Shown piece by piece: positions 5,360 to 6,689 of a stretch of 6,689 nt of DNA (the stretch's first letter is position 1; each line of letters begins with the position of its first letter). Origin of the DNA: a virus (taxonomy: Duplodnaviria; Heunggongvirae; Uroviricota; Caudoviricetes); IMG/VR virus record IMGVR_UViG_2667527657_000005; one strand, written 5' to 3'. Position numbers and translations under genes: made by a program. The notes under the pieces are model-generated. The model saw only the letters and a list, made by a program, of their open reading frames with translations. It was not told the origin of the DNA and did no database searches.

Positions 5360-6234
5360 GCAGCCACACCTCTGATACGAGAACGGTAACTGGGCCAGTT
5401 AAACGACAACCAGTTGCGTCCCCCGTCTGTGATCCTGTCGGCAATTCGGGGACTGATGAACGCCCACAACTCTTCCGGTGAGAGGTTACTGATCAGAATG
5501 GTGGGCAAGATACTTTCGTACCTGGCGTTGATAATTTCCTGCAAAATAGCCATTTCAGCCGCGCTGCCAAACTGAACGCCAACTTCGTCGATGATCAGCA
5601 AATCCATTGACGCATAACGCTCAATAACTTCATCCGCTGTTTTTTCGCTGTCATTCCGCCAGCAATTTTTCACAGCACGGGTAAGGCGCATCACGTCGGT
5701 GATCTCCACACTGGCCAGATAGTTACGGATGATGTGTTTTGCCATAGCCACAGCCAGATGATTTTTTCCGGTACCACAACTGCCGGTCATAACAAGACTG
5801 GTACCGTTCTCCAGCATATCTGGCCAGTTCTCCGCATAGCGGCGACAGGCCGCAAGATTTCTGGCTGCGCCAGGATTAACCTCCAGATAATTATCAAACT
5901 CGCAGTCCCGAAAACGCAGGGCAATTCCGGCGTTATCAGTCAGCTCTTCCGCCTTGATGGACGACAGCTCCATGGTCAAATCGTTGGCCTCAGCGATTAA
6001 GCAGTCAGGGCAGCATGAAATTTCTTCTCTGTCCTCGCCATTACGATCGCTCCACACCAGTATATGCGTGTGATATTCGCCATGTTTTTCGCAATATCCG
6101 CGACCTTCACGCATCAGGCAGGAACGATAAGGCCATGGCTTTTCGCCCTTCTGAGCAAATGCAATCTCTGCCCGTAACTCATCCATTCGCGCCTGTAGTC
6201 TTTTTTGTTGTTCACGCAGGTTAAACGTCATCAT
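5356..6234 (-). CDS. dnaC: DnaC-like helicase loader (AAA+ ATPase, DnaC/IstB family) with Cys-rich N-terminal module
   Basis: Walker A GSCGTGKNHLAVAMA shares the unusual GTGKNHLA P-loop of E. coli DnaC. Walker B DLLIIDEVGVQ and C-terminal LSFNWPSYRSRI closely resemble DnaC (IFNWDSYRSRV, recalled). Start assigned to the ATG at 6232-6234, preceded by GAGGTG with 7-nt spacing. The longer ORF to 6327 in the track crosses into IS sequence and is an artefact. Confidence 0.85.
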   Translation of the reverse strand: MMTFNLREQQKRLQARMDELRAEIAFAQKGEKPWPYRSCLMREGRGYCEKHGEYHTHILVWSDRNGEDREEISCCPDCLIAEANDLTMELSSIKAEELTDNAGIALRFRDCEFDNYLEVNPGAARNLAACRRYAENWPDMLENGTSLVMTGSCGTGKNHLAVAMAKHIIRNYLASVEITDVMRLTRAVKNCWRNDSEKTADEVIERYASMDLLIIDEVGVQFGSAAEMAILQEIINARYESILPTILISNLSPEELWAFISPRIADRITDGGRNWLSFNWPSYRSRIRGVAA

Positions 6235-6254
6235 CGCTGTCACCTCAGAATGTC

Positions 6255-6689
6255 TGAAGTGGCACACTGAATTTGGCCACCTGAACAGAGGTGATATGCT
6301 CACCTCAGAACAACACAGGTGCTCCAATGAAAAAAAGAAATTTTAGCGCAGAGTTTAAACGCGAATCCGCTCAACTGGTTGTTGACCAGAAATACACGGT
6401 GGCAGATGCCGCCAAAGCTATGGATGTTGGCCTTTCCACAATGACAAGATGGGTCAAACAACTGCGTGATGAGCGTCAGGGCAAAACACCAAAAGCCTCC
6501 CCCATTACCCCGGAACAAATTGAAATCCGTGTGGGCATTTCAGGCATGAGAACAGACTCGCGTTTTTCCGGAGTATCAGCGGAATTATTGATTAAGAAAC
6601 ACTCGACGCAGAGCGAAATTTTATGCAACAGCGGCTGCACTGCACAGGGATTATTTATCAGTTGATATGCTGTGCCATGATACGTCCTA
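6255..6689 (+). mobile_element. IS3-family insertion sequence (IS911-like), left end and rearranged orfA; continues to or beyond the window end
   Basis: Terminus begins TGAAGTGGCACACTGAATTTGGCCACC at ~6255 (TG-initiated IS3-family end), followed 72 nt later by an orfA whose first 67 residues match IS911 OrfA as remembered. Sequence after ~6528 no longer matches OrfA, so there is an internal deletion or a second rearrangement. Confidence 0.7.
6327..6665 (+). pseudogene. IS911-like transposase OrfA, disrupted: N-terminal ~67 aa intact, C-terminus replaced by unrelated sequence
   Basis: [68 protein letters not shown] matches IS911 OrfA (recalled). It then continues [14 protein letters not shown]... 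instead of the expected leucine-zipper segment (ELRKKLQRIEMENEILKKA...). The track's ORF start at 6291 is a GTG upstream of the authentic ATG at 6327. Confidence 0.6.

Noticed and set aside
4474-6224. Plus-strand ORFs nested in the helicase and loader genes (4474-4677, 4656-4856, 4691-5008, 5734-6000, 6015-6224)
   Set aside because: Antisense shadows within long, motif-rich minus-strand genes.
6235-6327. N-terminal extension of the dnaC-like ORF to a start at 6327 ([24 protein letters not shown]...)
   Set aside because: The first 24 codons are IS-derived sequence read antisense through the IS terminus. The ATG at 6234 with a GAGGTG Shine-Dalgarno is the credible start.
6300-6518. 72-aa minus-strand ORF
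   Set aside because: Antisense to the IS911-like orfA; no support.

Overview
Every substantive gene in this 6.7-kb window is on the minus strand and together they form the right arm of a lambdoid prophage in lambda-like order (replication, nin, Q, late/lysis). Reading right to left: a DnaC-like helicase loader (5356-6234), a DnaB-like replicative helicase (3968-5359), a small unknown helical ORF (3714-3971), ninH (3419-3619), a QuuD/phage-82-type Q antiterminator (3046-3426), a tR'-like intrinsic terminator (~2933-2960), four tightly packed tRNA genes (2536-2846: Ile2/CAU, Arg/UCU, Thr/UGU, Gly/UCC), then a lysis cassette of S21-type pinholin (2028-2243), an uncharacterised 209-aa gene (1395-2024), a SAR-type lysozyme endolysin (796-1329) and nested Rz/Rz1 spanins (385-799). 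Two IS3-family insertion sequences damage the region: an IS600-like element at the left edge (1-397) cuts off the 3' ends of Rz and Rz1, and an IS911-like element at the right edge (6255-6689), itself rearranged, replaces whatever lay upstream of the dnaC-like gene. This IS load and the protein similarities suggest a cryptic, probably lysis-defective prophage of an Escherichia/Shigella-type host (inference only). I found no CRISPR array, no rRNA and no recognisable multi-gene defence system. The best candidates for something undescribed are the 209-aa gene wedged between holin and endolysin, the inverted-repeat-rich 290-bp non-coding segment between the tRNA array and the holin, and the small helical ORF in a very compact nin region. 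All protein identifications rest on reading the translations and on remembered family features, not on database searches.
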